Positions 10,080 through 20,934 of a stretch of 64,000 bases of DNA are shown in pieces (the stretch's first letter is position 1; each line of letters begins with the position of its first letter). The stretch is taken from NCBI RefSeq assembly GCF_964355755.1, contig NC_092676.1:13534871-13598870 (forward strand), written 5' to 3'. A program made the translations under genes and the position numbers. Below the pieces are notes generated by a model. That model saw nothing but the letters and a program-made list of their open reading frames with translations. It made no database searches and was not told the origin of the DNA. The stretch comes from Antedon mediterranea. Lineage: Eukaryota > Animalia > Echinodermata.

Positions 10080-13000
10080 AGAATTTTCAAATATAGAATC
10101 TTTTTGTTTTGAAGAAAATTATTTTAACTTAGAAAGAAAAGTGAAACAAAAATTTATAAGAAAAAAAAAATGTTCAGAGGACAAGAAAAAATTTAAAACT
10201 TTTATAGAAGGATTAAAGCAGAAGAAATCTAGATTAAGAAACGATGATATTGTTGATTTTCATGAGAAGTCGTTGAAATTTCTTTACACAAACGCAGATG
10301 CCCTGAGAAATAAAATGGGTGAGTTACGTGATATTATAAATCAAAGGAAACCTGATGTGGTTGCAATAACTGAAGTAAATAACAAAACTTGTACAGACAT
10401 ATTGGAAGTTGAGTTAAGCATCAAGGGATACACAAAATTTGATTCTGGCAGAAGTGGTAGAGGTGTGGTTATTTTTGCGAAGGAAGAGCTGAATGCCAGT
10501 ATCTGTAACGAATTACTGAATTTAAATTTTGTGGAAGCACTATGGATCAAAATTGAAATAAATAAAAGGCAACAACTATTATGCGGATGTATTTACAGAA
10601 GTCCTAACAGTATTGACGAAAATAATCAAGCGTTACTATCTGCTATCAACAAAGCAAGTGAACTAAATGGTATTTCTGATTTCATCATGTTAGGAGATTT
10701 CAATTTTCCTGAAATTGATTGGATTTCTTGGAGTACAAATAAAAATGAAACACATAAAAGTAATCGGTTTATAGAATGCCTTAGAGATAATTTTCTATGC
10801 CAGTGTATACAGCAACCAACACGATTTCGAGATGGTCAAACACCTAACATACTCGACTTAGTAATCACCATGGATGAAACCAAAATAAGTGAAATTGAGA
10901 TAGGTCCACCATTAGGAAAAAGCGACCACGTAACAATCTTGTTTTCATATGACTGTGTAACTAAAATACAAGAGAAAATGGAATATAAGCTAAATTTCAA
11001 CAAGGGTGACTATATTAAAATGAAAGAACTGATTACTGAGGTGGACTACCAATTTGAAAATACAAATTTTGAAGAGGCCTGTGAAGCTTTAAATAAATCA
11101 ATAAGAAATGCTGTTCAGATCTGTATTCCCAAGTCAAACATAAAAAAAGAAAATAAACCTATCTGGATGACTGGTGACGTTCAGAGGAAAATTAAAATGA
11201 AACATAATGCATGGAAAAAGTTTACAAGGTCTCGACAACAGAAGGATTATGACAGTTACAAAAAGGCAAGAAATATAGTAACAGGTGAAAAAAGGGCAGC
11301 AAAGATTGCACTGGAGCGGAAAATATGCAATGAAGTAAAAACAAATCCTAAAAGTTTCTGGAAATATGTAAGAGAGAAAACCAAAACAACTCAATCTATT
11401 GGATTGGTGAAGGATGGAAAGGGTAATATGGCTGATGACAATCAGCATAAAGCGGAAATTTTCAACGCATTTTTCACAAGTGTATTCACGAATGAAGACC
11501 TCGAGTCATTGCCAGAAGTTACACCAAGAGTTGACGTGGATGACCATTTGGAGTCAATTGAAGTGACAAAGGAGGAAGTGCTTACATGCCTTCAGCAGAT
11601 GAACTCAAATAAATCAGCTGGACCAGATGACGTGCATCCAAGAGTACTGAAGGAACTTAAAGAAATTGTTGCAACTCCATTGACGTCAATATACAACAAA
11701 TCACTATCGACTGGACAGTTACCGGAGTGCTGGAAATGTGCAAATGTAGTACCAATTTTTAAGAAAGGGGACAAGACGGAGGTCGGAAACTACAGGCCAG
11801 TAAGTTTGACATCTGTCGTATGCAAACTTTTGGAATCAATTGTGAGAGACAAAATTATACAGTTTCTAAATGATAGAAACCTTATTATAAAAGCACAGCA
11901 TGGGTTTCTGAAAGGTAGATCTTGCGTCACACAATTGCTGGAGGTGATGGAAGAATGGACGAAATTGCTGGATGCGGGGGAAAACTTTGATGCTGTATAT
12001 TTGGATTTTAGTAAGGCATTCGATTCTATCCCCCACCAGAGATTAATAACAACATTGGAAGCGTACGGAATAAAAGGAAACCTACTGAGATGGATACATC
12101 AATTTTTGACAGGGAGGAGACAAAGAGTTAGAGTGGCCGCAGCATTTTCTGAATGGTCTACGGTTAAAAGCGGAGTCCCTCAAGGCAGCGTGTTAGGCCC
12201 TTTATTATTTATAATTTTCATAAACGACCTACCTGATGCAGTTAAATCTAAAGTATGGATGTTTGCAGATGACACTAAGATGTTTAATGTTGTGTATGAA
12301 AACAGAAATGATACTGTTCAAAATGATCTCAAGGCATTATCCGATTGGTCTAAAAGATGGCAGCTGAAATTCAACATTAATAAATGTAAAGTAATACATT
12401 ATGGAAATTCAAATCCACAAATGCAATTCACTATGCCAACAGAGGAAGGTGACGAGGATCTGCCAAATGCCAATACTGAAAAGGACCTTGGAGTTACTTT
12501 TGATCAGTCTTTAAAATTTTCACTACATACGAATGAAGCTGTAAATAAAGCAAATAGACTCATTGGATTGGTAAGGCGATCTTTTGCTTACATGGATAAG
12601 GATATGTTCCTGCCCCTTTATAAAAGTATAATTCGACCTCATCTGGAATACGCAAGCTGTATATGGTACCCTCTCCTAAAAGGTGATTTGGATAAGCTTG
12701 AAAGAGTGCAGCGTAGGGCCACTAAAATTGTCAAAAAGTTAAGAGATAAATCTTACGATCAGAGATTAAAAGAGCTTGGATTACCTACACTGAATTACAG
12801 AAGAAGGAGAGCGGACATTATACAAGTGTTTAAAATTATCAAGGGCTTGGATGATATTGAAGCCGAAACCTTTTTTGACTTTAGAGAGGACAGTAGAACA
12901 AGGGGCCATCAATTCAAATTAAGAAAGCCAAGAGCCCGACTGAAAATCAGAAGCCACTCCTTTTCATGTAGAATCGTCAACACATGGAACAATCTATACC

Positions 13001-13092
13001 ACACTACAGTACAAGCAGAAAACATAAATGCATTCAAGGATCAACTAAACAAAGACAGAGCAATGGGAGATAAATTTTGCTACCAATTCTAG
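10045..13092 (+). CDS. CR1 ORF2: APE endonuclease + reverse transcriptase, intact
   Basis: YTNADAL, GDFNFP, SDH, KSAGPD, YRPVSLTS, VPQGSVLGP, FADD and RGHQFKL motifs. No stops over 1015 codons. Confidence 0.95.
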   Translation: MIVFEALVHHHKEFSNIESFCFEENYFNLERKVKQKFIRKKKCSEDKKKFKTFIEGLKQKKSRLRNDDIVDFHEKSLKFLYTNADALRNKMGELRDIINQRKPDVVAITEVNNKTCTDILEVELSIKGYTKFDSGRSGRGVVIFAKEELNASICNELLNLNFVEALWIKIEINKRQQLLCGCIYRSPNSIDENNQALLSAINKASELNGISDFIMLGDFNFPEIDWISWSTNKNETHKSNRFIECLRDNFLCQCIQQPTRFRDGQTPNILDLVITMDETKISEIEIGPPLGKSDHVTILFSYDCVTKIQEKMEYKLNFNKGDYIKMKELITEVDYQFENTNFEEACEALNKSIRNAVQICIPKSNIKKENKPIWMTGDVQRKIKMKHNAWKKFTRSRQQKDYDSYKKARNIVTGEKRAAKIALERKICNEVKTNPKSFWKYVREKTKTTQSIGLVKDGKGNMADDNQHKAEIFNAFFTSVFTNEDLESLPEVTPRVDVDDHLESIEVTKEEVLTCLQQMNSNKSAGPDDVHPRVLKELKEIVATPLTSIYNKSLSTGQLPECWKCANVVPIFKKGDKTEVGNYRPVSLTSVVCKLLESIVRDKIIQFLNDRNLIIKAQHGFLKGRSCVTQLLEVMEEWTKLLDAGENFDAVYLDFSKAFDSIPHQRLITTLEAYGIKGNLLRWIHQFLTGRRQRVRVAAAFSEWSTVKSGVPQGSVLGPLLFIIFINDLPDAVKSKVWMFADDTKMFNVVYENRNDTVQNDLKALSDWSKRWQLKFNINKCKVIHYGNSNPQMQFTMPTEEGDEDLPNANTEKDLGVTFDQSLKFSLHTNEAVNKANRLIGLVRRSFAYMDKDMFLPLYKSIIRPHLEYASCIWYPLLKGDLDKLERVQRRATKIVKKLRDKSYDQRLKELGLPTLNYRRRRADIIQVFKIIKGLDDIEAETFFDFREDSRTRGHQFKLRKPRARLKIRSHSFSCRIVNTWNNLYHTTVQAENINAFKDQLNKDRAMGDKFCYQF

Positions 13093-14223
13093 ATAAATAC
13101 AGAAGAAATGGAGGGCGTTTAAAAGGCATTTGCCTTAATCAAGAGCCCGAAGATTCAAGTAAGATTCAAGTAAGATCATGAATTTTACGTGCGAGAGTAA
13201 TATTTCCGGCCATAGGAGAGTGCCAGTGAACTAAATTTGTTTCCGTCGCAAGCCGCCACTAGGGGGTGGGGGCTGTAAATACTTCGTGTCCAATCACGCG
13301 GGACTTTGTTTATGTTTAATTTTAGGTTTGTTATATTGGAACAAAATTAGAGCAGTAAAAAGAGCATGTTAAAAAGATGAATCTGTCATTGAGTAAGATA
13401 TGAAACTTAAATTGAATTAAAACCGACATTCTTAATATGATACTTAGAGATGCAAATCATCAAAATAATATTTATATGAAATTTAAACACTTTTATAGCC
13501 TATGCATGTACGCCTGTGCCATATTATGCTTTTAAAAAATTATCCAGTATAGTATGACCCGTGCCGGGTATTTTCTTTTTAATACCCTCGATGGAAAATT
13601 CCCTTGATCATTTTTTATATTTATTAATGTATATCTCCATCTTTTGACCTCGTGTTATTTCTTATTAATTGTATATGGCAATTGAAATAAACCTTAAATC
13701 ATACTACAAAAATACAAATAGTATCTTTGAATACAGTTAAAAATCCATGGAATAAAATATATAGAGGGCAGCAATCAGGAAATCGTTTGTTATACCTGCA
13801 GTTTTTCAATATTTATTATAAATTTGACCGCAATTACCCACAGTAAAATGGACTAGCCCGTGCTATTCTTTAACAGGCAATACCCATAGTTGCCATTTCT
13901 GGCATTATTATGCTTTTTGGCATTATTTAGAGGCCCACTGCATCTGGCATAATGCCGCAGCATTATTTATCCGTTTTTAGTATAATCTGGCATAATTTTG
14001 TGTTTTTTGAACAACTAAAAAAAAAATATACCACAGAACAAGAATAATATTTTGTTTAATCTTACAATGTCGTACATATCACCTTACACAATATCATATC
14101 GTACAAAAGGAGGTCTGTCAGGTTTTTTCGTACAATAGTGCATCCATCCTTTTGTTTCTGACTCGATCGACTCTTCGGATAGGTATGGCACGCCAGGACG
14201 GACATAACTATGTCAAGTTGACC

Positions 14224-14566
14224 TCGCTCGTGTTATGTAGAAATCGCTCGTGTTGAGTTTACACATCGCTCGTGTTATGGAGACATCGCTCGTGTTGAGT
14301 TTACACATCGCTCGTGTTATGGAGACATCGCGCGAGTTGAGTTTACACATCGCGCGAGTTGAGTTTACACATCGCTCGTGTTATGTTGACATCGCTCGTG
14401 TTGAGTTTTTACACATCGCGCGTGTTGAGTTTTTACACATCGCGCGTGTTGAGTTTTTACACATCGCGCGTGTTGAGTTTTTACACATCGCGCGTGTCGA
14501 GTTTTTACACATCACGCGTATCGAGTTTATACACATCGCACGTGTTGAGTTTTTACACATCGCACC
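14224..14566. repeat. Minisatellite with a ~21-24-bp unit ACACATCGCGCGTGTTGAGTTTTT
   Basis: Visible tandem array. It accounts for the repetitive LHIARVEF ORFs. Confidence 0.9.
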
Positions 14567-14891
14567 TAACCTAACCTAAATTAACTCTTCCCTGATTAAC
14601 TTAACTCTCTAAATATCTCTCCTTCAAAATACAAAAAAACATTTATATTTATTTAAAAAAAACAAATCCGTAGAGATTCGAACCCCAGCTAGTAGAGCTG
14701 AGAGAATCCAAACGATAGTTACTAGAGTACTACCCGCTATGCAACAATGTACACGAGTAATGAACAATGACAATAGTATAGTCTTATACGCGATTCATAT
14801 TACGTCATTCAAATCGTTACGTCGTGAATTTGCATATTCATGACGTAATGTTGAGGAAACGAATCTAGTTTTAACCTTGCTATAAACCAGA

Positions 14892-15235
14892 GGGCCGGAT
14901 AGCTCAGTCGGTAGAGCGTCGTGGAACACGATTATCGTGGGTTCAAACCCCATGCCGGTCGGTGGAAAAGAGTTAAAGCTATGCGATCTTCTGTGTTTGG
15001 GGTTCACAGATTTAAACGTCCCCCTTTCCACCACACATCATGAGGCAATAACATCAAAGCATCTGATGTGTGGTACCCCCAAGGCTGTGAGAGAGTCTTA
15101 CCGTGCTAGAGGCAAGGGAGCACACCATCATTTTTTTTTTTTTGGCCTGCCTCTTTCCGATCTCGTAAATGTTATGTTTGCCGCCCTCAAAAAACACCTA
15201 AGTTATGTCAGAAAATTAGGAACAAATAAATAGAA
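14892..15235 (+). mobile_element. tRNA-derived SINE
   Basis: Head GGGCCGGATAGCTCAGTCGGTAGAGC (A box) and GGGTTCAAACCC (B box), unrelated body, tail AAATAAATAGAAAT. Confidence 0.75.
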
Positions 15236-15549
15236 ATGTGTAAAGATGCCGATGCCTGGCCTGGCTATTGTATTCTCTCTATTTATTGAAATACATATGC
15301 ATTATTGTAATAAATAATTTTCACAATTTGTTGTGAATTTGTAACTTTGAACAAGCGAAAAGGATTTCAAACCATGTACTACATTTTACTGTGTTTGAGC
15401 ATGAATAAATGATATTGAATTAAGTGAATAATTGATAATGAGAAATCAAAACAACTGATATAATGAATTAAATGATGAACAATAGCAGCCTGAACAAGCC
15501 TGGCCTTCCAACCAACCCATTGATTGCTACCCCAATACAAATATTGAAC

Positions 15550-16110
15550 AGTTGGTATGCCGTGCGTTATTATGCAAATAAGTTGGTGCAGGTGTAGTGG
15601 GGAAGATGGTATTGTTAGTCATTGCGGTCAACACGCCACACTGTTGAATGTTGTTGATATTTACATTAGAAGATTATTCAAATCTTGTAAAAAAAAACTA
15701 TTTCTCTGTGCAGGAACCTAGCAGATCCCCTGATTTAGTTTGAGAGTAATCTTGAAAAGAAGTCCATCTGGAAAAGAAGCCCACCTCAGAGTACAAAAAT
15801 TGAAGGAGCACATTTGGCTTCAATTGGCCTTAGTGCTGAGGCAGGAAGAGCACACCATAACATCTTTTATTTTCCTGTGGCTTTCGCCACCCGATTTTTG
15901 ATGTTAACAGTGTGGCGTGTTGACCGCGAATGACTAACAATACCATATTTTCCACTACACCTGCACAAACTCATTTGCATAACAACGCCGACATACCAAC
16001 GAGGAGATATAAATTCTTTTCTAAACACGTAACGAAGAGAGTTATAATTCCTTTTTTTCTGACATTAAATTGTTAGTCATTCGCGGCGGTCAACACGCCA
16101 CACTGTTGAA
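15550..16110. repeat. ~100-bp inverted repeat pair plus a third partial copy
   Basis: 15550-15648 is inverted at ~15906-16000. The inner half TGTTAGTCATT(C)GCGGTCAACACGCCACACTGTTGAA recurs in direct orientation at ~16071-16110. Confidence 0.8.
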
Positions 16111-16733
16111 TTTTGATGTTGTTAATCTTTTAAATTATATTATCATAAATTAACTTGACTCTTTTAATATCTCTCTTTCAAAATAAAAAAAAAACAATTT
16201 TATATTTATTATTTTTTTTAATCCGTAGAGGTTCGAACACCAGCTAGTAAAGCTGGGAGAATCCAAACGATAGTTACTAGATTAGTCACTTTGATTTGAT
16301 TGTTCGCATTTTAAAATTTTAAACACGTGTGCGCGCGTAATTTTGCGTGAAAATAAGTGCGGATAACCACAACATTTTCTCCTAGAGAATTTGTTTTCCA
16401 TATTTCAAATTCAGTGCCATTTGCATCGTAGCAGTCCTATTTTTAGAGCTGGTGTTTGGTGACATTTGCAATTACCATTTTTGCACCTCAGATATTGGGA
16501 ATTATATTAATTATTACACACAAAACTAAAAATATAAATTTGTAACGACATGGGATAAAATGTTTGGCCCACTTTGTGTCAGTTGGGGTTTTACAGACGT
16601 TTTTAAATTACGGCCACATTTTGGGGATTTGGCATTATTTTTCCCAATCTGGCATTATTTGAGACAGGCTACGGCATAATTTAAATGTTATCGCTGGCAA
16701 CACTAGCAATACCTCAAGCCAAATACAATATAT

Positions 16734-18642
16734 CGTATCCGGATATTCACCCCCTGGACATTTACCCCCAGAAACTACCCCCCGGACAACCACCACCTGG
16801 ACCACTACCCCCTTAGGACAACTACCCCTTTAGGACAACTACCCCACGGACAACTACCTCCCGGACAAATACCCCCCTGACAACTACCCCCTTAGGACAA
16901 CAACCCCCTTAGGACAACTACCCCCCGGACAACTACCCCCGGACAACTATCCCCCGGACAATTACCCCCTAGGAACAATTACCCCCCCACCCCCCCGACA
17001 ATTACCCCCCCCCCCCCCGGGTAATTACCCCGCGGACAACTACCTCTGACACAATACTCCCCGTAGGACAACTACTTCCTGGACAATACTCCGAGGGCAA
17101 ATAATCTTTTAGGACAACTACCTCCGTAGGACAACTAACCCCTGGACAACTACCACCCAGAAAACTATCCCTTTAGAACAACTACCCCCCGGACGGACAA
17201 CTACCACCCATACCATTCAACAACCTGACTCTGCAACAGTGTATAATAGGAATTAATAACTATATTTTAATTCGTTAGTTTGCCGAATTACTATTCATTA
17301 TTGTAAACAAAAGTAAAAGATTGAACATAAATATAGCCTGGTTTAAACTGAAGATTGTCACACATGATCATAGGATAGTCGAACGTATTATATAGTACTC
17401 CCTGTATTTACTTTAAAGACTGGGTTCGCTAATAATAATAATGATTTTTGCGTCAGGACAATGCTTCGATAACCACTGGTCTTAAAAGAATTAATTTTTG
17501 TCTCAAATTTGTCATATATGTATTTTTGTACACTTGAAGAATAATATCACTTTTGATATTTGACCTCAATGTTCACTCACCGAATAAACGGCGATCTTTA
17601 AATAAATTCCCCTCAAATAAACGGTGATCATGTCACTCCCATGAAACATCATATGGAATAATCGGCGTCTATTTCCATTAGATTATACCCCCTCCCATTG
17701 AATAAACAACTTTTTTCCAATAAATGTCCACCTAAAAACCACCTAAACAATAAACAGCCCAGGCCGTTTTGTCAATAAATACGGTACTTTAAATCTAGCA
17801 CATCTGGTGTCTAGCGTGCTGTTAAACAGAATAATCGGTTAAAAACGGGTGTTTCGAAACTAGAGACCCGAGACCAGAGACCAGAGACCCGAGACCCAAT
17901 ACGAAAAGGGAGACCTAAATATACGAAAAGGGAGATCCACGTACGAAAAGGGAGACCCCACTATACGAAAAGGGAGACCCCACTATACGAAAAGGGAGAC
18001 CCTAATATACGAAAAGGGAGACCTAAATATACAAAAAGGGAGACCCAAATATACGAAAAGGGAGACCCAAATATACAAAATGGGAGACCCAAATATACGA
18101 AAAGGGAGACCCACTATAAGAAAAGGGAGACCCCACTATACGAAAAGAGAGACCACACTATACGAAAAGGGAGACCCTAATATACGAAAAGGGAGACCCA
18201 AATATAGGTCTCCCTTTTCGTATTGGGTCTCGTGTCAGGTCTCTGCTCTCGGGTCTCTAGTTTCGAAACACCCGTTAAAAACAGATGATTTCATTTTTAC
18301 AGAAACCGGTCCTATATATTTGTCTACTTTTGGATTGGGGGTGCGGGATAGTTGACCGGGGGTAGTTGACCGGGGGTAGTTGACCGGGGGATAGTTGACC
18401 GGGGGTGGTTACCCGGGGGGTAGTTATCCTAAGGAAGTAGTTGTCCTAAGGGGGTAGTTGTCCGGGGGTAGTTGTCCGGGGGGTTGTTATCCTAAGGGGG
18501 TAGTTGTCCTAAGGGGGTAGTTGTCCAGGGGGTAGTTGTCCTAAGGGGGTAGTTGTCCGGGGGGTAGTTGTCCTAAGGGAGTAGTTGTCCGGGTGGTAAA
18601 CATCCGGGGGGTAACTCTCTAGGGGGTAGGTGTACTAGAACC
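16734..18642. mobile_element. MULE-like foldback element with inverted GGACAACTACCCC minisatellite arms
   Basis: Arrays at ~16745-17210 and, inverted, at ~18345-18630. 9-bp TSD ACAATATAT at 16725-16733 and 18643-18651. Confidence 0.8.
17847..18273. mobile_element. Nested MULE-like MITE with an internal ~22-bp minisatellite
   Basis: TIRs GGGTGTTTCGAAACTAGAGACCCGAG, tandem TACGAAAAGGGAGACC units, 9-bp TSD GTTAAAAAC at 17838-17846 and 18274-18282. Confidence 0.88.
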
Positions 18643-19536
18643 ACAATATATGTATGCCTCACTCTCAGCGACGTGCTGCAGCAAACCGCAATTGTTTCAA
18701 CCAGGGAGTTGGCCGTTTGGTTTTGTGTTTATTTTCGGACCGCGCGTATGAAGGTATAGTACTGTAGTACATAAAGATCAAATTAAATATATTAATAAAA
18801 CATAGAAGTAAATTGTGGGAAACAATTATTTAAAATTAAATCGAGAGAATTGATGATAAGAGCTTTTGTTTGAAATCGAATGAAACCCCGATAGCCGAGT
18901 TGTTGAGTAAGCTGCCAGGACTTTATGTAGGCAATCCCTTTATGTATACTATGCGCTATTTGTGTTCCGTCATGACCCTGGGATACTTCTGCCCATGTTG
19001 CAAGCCGTCTAAAACGTCTTCCTTCTTAGGCCAAAACGGCTCACTGGCCGTGTCGCGGAATAATGTATTAATTACCAATTAGGATGGTATTTATTTGAAT
19101 AAACGCCCGGAAACACCTCCCCAATAAAACATCAATTAAAATAATTATCGCCACTCACCCCTCACCCCTCACCCCTCCCATTTAAATACCATCTAATTAA
19201 CGCCCATCCACATTTATACACACAATATTGTATTATATTTATAACACAATTATACTATTTTTGAGTAGATTTCATCGGACTGTTATCTAGGTCTACAATT
19301 TACCAAGCATTTGTTATTCTTTTTTACCACTTTTCATATCTACAATAAACACTATACGTAAAACGCTATTAATCGTCTAAGACACTGTGAAACAGGTTAG
19401 TGAGTGGGTTTAGTTTTATGAATATCAAAAGCATTTTAATAATGGTAACCGATTGAAACAATCGTCGAGGCCAGAATGTCCTTCTAAAACTTGTTACCCG
19501 AGTCATTATCATTCCGAGAACCATCGTCTACACTTC

Positions 19537-19573
19537 CTAGAGGGGGAGCGAGCGAAGCGAGCTCACCCTCTAG
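19537..19573 (+). mobile_element. Helitron-like 3' terminal hairpin ending in CTAG
   Basis: CTAGAGGGGGAGC-GAGCGAAGCGA-GCTCACCCTCTAG. The 5' end was not located. Confidence 0.45.
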
Positions 19574-20934
19574 ATAGTAGTACAGTACTAGTAGTATACA
19601 TAATAATAGTATAATACTATAGTAAAGTGATAATAAAGATATAATAGTATAATGTATTGTATCTCCTAACAACTTGAATAAACAATCACGTAACTATTGT
19701 ATAGGATCGGCTACATATGGTTTTACAGTACTTACCCAATCCAAAAGATTCGATAAAAAAAGTTGTTTGACAGCCAACAGTCATCGTTTTTTGTATAGAC
19801 AGTGTGATAGAGTCTAAACAATAAGGCTTTACACAAGCAGCAGATCCAGTCTTCATAATCGGCACGTGCGCGTATATGTGATGTATCCCAATATGGTAGT
19901 GCTATGCCCAAATATGGTAGTGAAATGTGAAATCACCGTGTCCATATATTATGAGCACATCATATTGTTTGTCACATAAAGTTTGATAGTGTAGACAGAG
20001 CTTTACAAAAGTATCGTCAAAACGGACTAATGGTGCTGCCCCAAACAATTGATAATATCAAAAGTAAAACAAACAAGACAGTTCGAATAAAATATATAAA
20101 AATTGAATTTCTTGTAAAGTCAGGATAACTGATATTAGATAAACCCACATTTCGCGATAAAAACAGATAAATTATTTTCTTTATCTAATTTGTTTAGCAC
20201 TTCAAAATAGCTAGGAATGCGTACTGAATTGGTTAAAAAGTAATAATAATTTATTATATTTATAGGGTCGACGAAATTTCCGAAGAGTTATTTTAATTTT
20301 TAAAAAGCTTACCATTTTAAATTTTAATTAAAAATTAATTTGCGCATTCTGTCATTTTTAACATGCTCGTATAGATTAAAAGTCTGAATGGAATCAAATA
20401 CGGGTGCAAATGTACGAAGGAAGGTGAGTAGAATTTGTGTAAAATATAGTATTTTTTTTCGTTTTATAAGTAACAAAATCGTGTTTTTGCGCAGTATGTT
20501 TTAAACATGCAAATGGCCTAAATCATGTTCTAAAGTTGATCAAAACGTAATTTTAAGCATTTTAAAATGTTAATGCGCGATTTCGCACGCAAGGCCCTGG
20601 TTAAGCGTACCATTTTTAATATGTTTACCTTAGCTGATGTATAGTGAATTGTATTGTTTTAAATTACAGTATTTACTGAATAAAAATATAAAACATAATA
20701 CAGGTAGGCCTGATATATTATTACATTGTAACAATCAAATACAGTAGGCCTATTTAGGACTCATACATTTTGAACTAAATATATGAATTGTGTTTTGCAA
20801 GATTGAAATAAACCTATATTCAAATAGTTCATTGTATATTGTTATTCAGCTCTGTTATAAAATTTTGAGTTGAGCGAGAATGGGTGTATAGACTTAGTTG
20901 TCCGCATCCATCCCATCCACGTTAGATGCGGTCC

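Larger units (their letters stand above)
5799..13175 (+). mobile_element. CR1-clade LINE, near full length, ORF1 interrupted
   Basis: PHD-type ORF1 and an intact EN-RT ORF2. 3' tail of AAGATTCAAGT repeats. Candidate 9-bp TSD TCATGAATT at 5790-5798 and 13176-13184. Confidence 0.9.
13885..16705. mobile_element. Non-autonomous hAT-like element with nested insertions
   Basis: Imperfect TIRs CATAGTTGCCA / TGGCAACACTA, subterminal GGCATTATT repeats, and 8-bp TSD GCAATACC at 13877-13884 and 16706-16713. Confidence 0.75.

Noticed and set aside
13254-13300. CTCF-like GCCACTAGGGGGTG plus a CCAAT box
   Set aside because: A short motif match only. Similar AGATGGCGC/AGGGCGC words occur at ~3560, ~5745 and ~26670, so it cannot be called from sequence alone.
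14224-14579. Regular repeats resembling a CRISPR array or a repeat protein
   Set aside because: No unique spacers, eukaryotic context and no cas genes; it is a minisatellite. The same applies to 17900-18200, 37647-37830 and 51480-52212.
14892-14965. tRNA gene (also 23035-23104 and 33990-34062)
   Set aside because: A and B boxes are present but the cloverleaf is incomplete; these are tRNA-derived parts of repeats.
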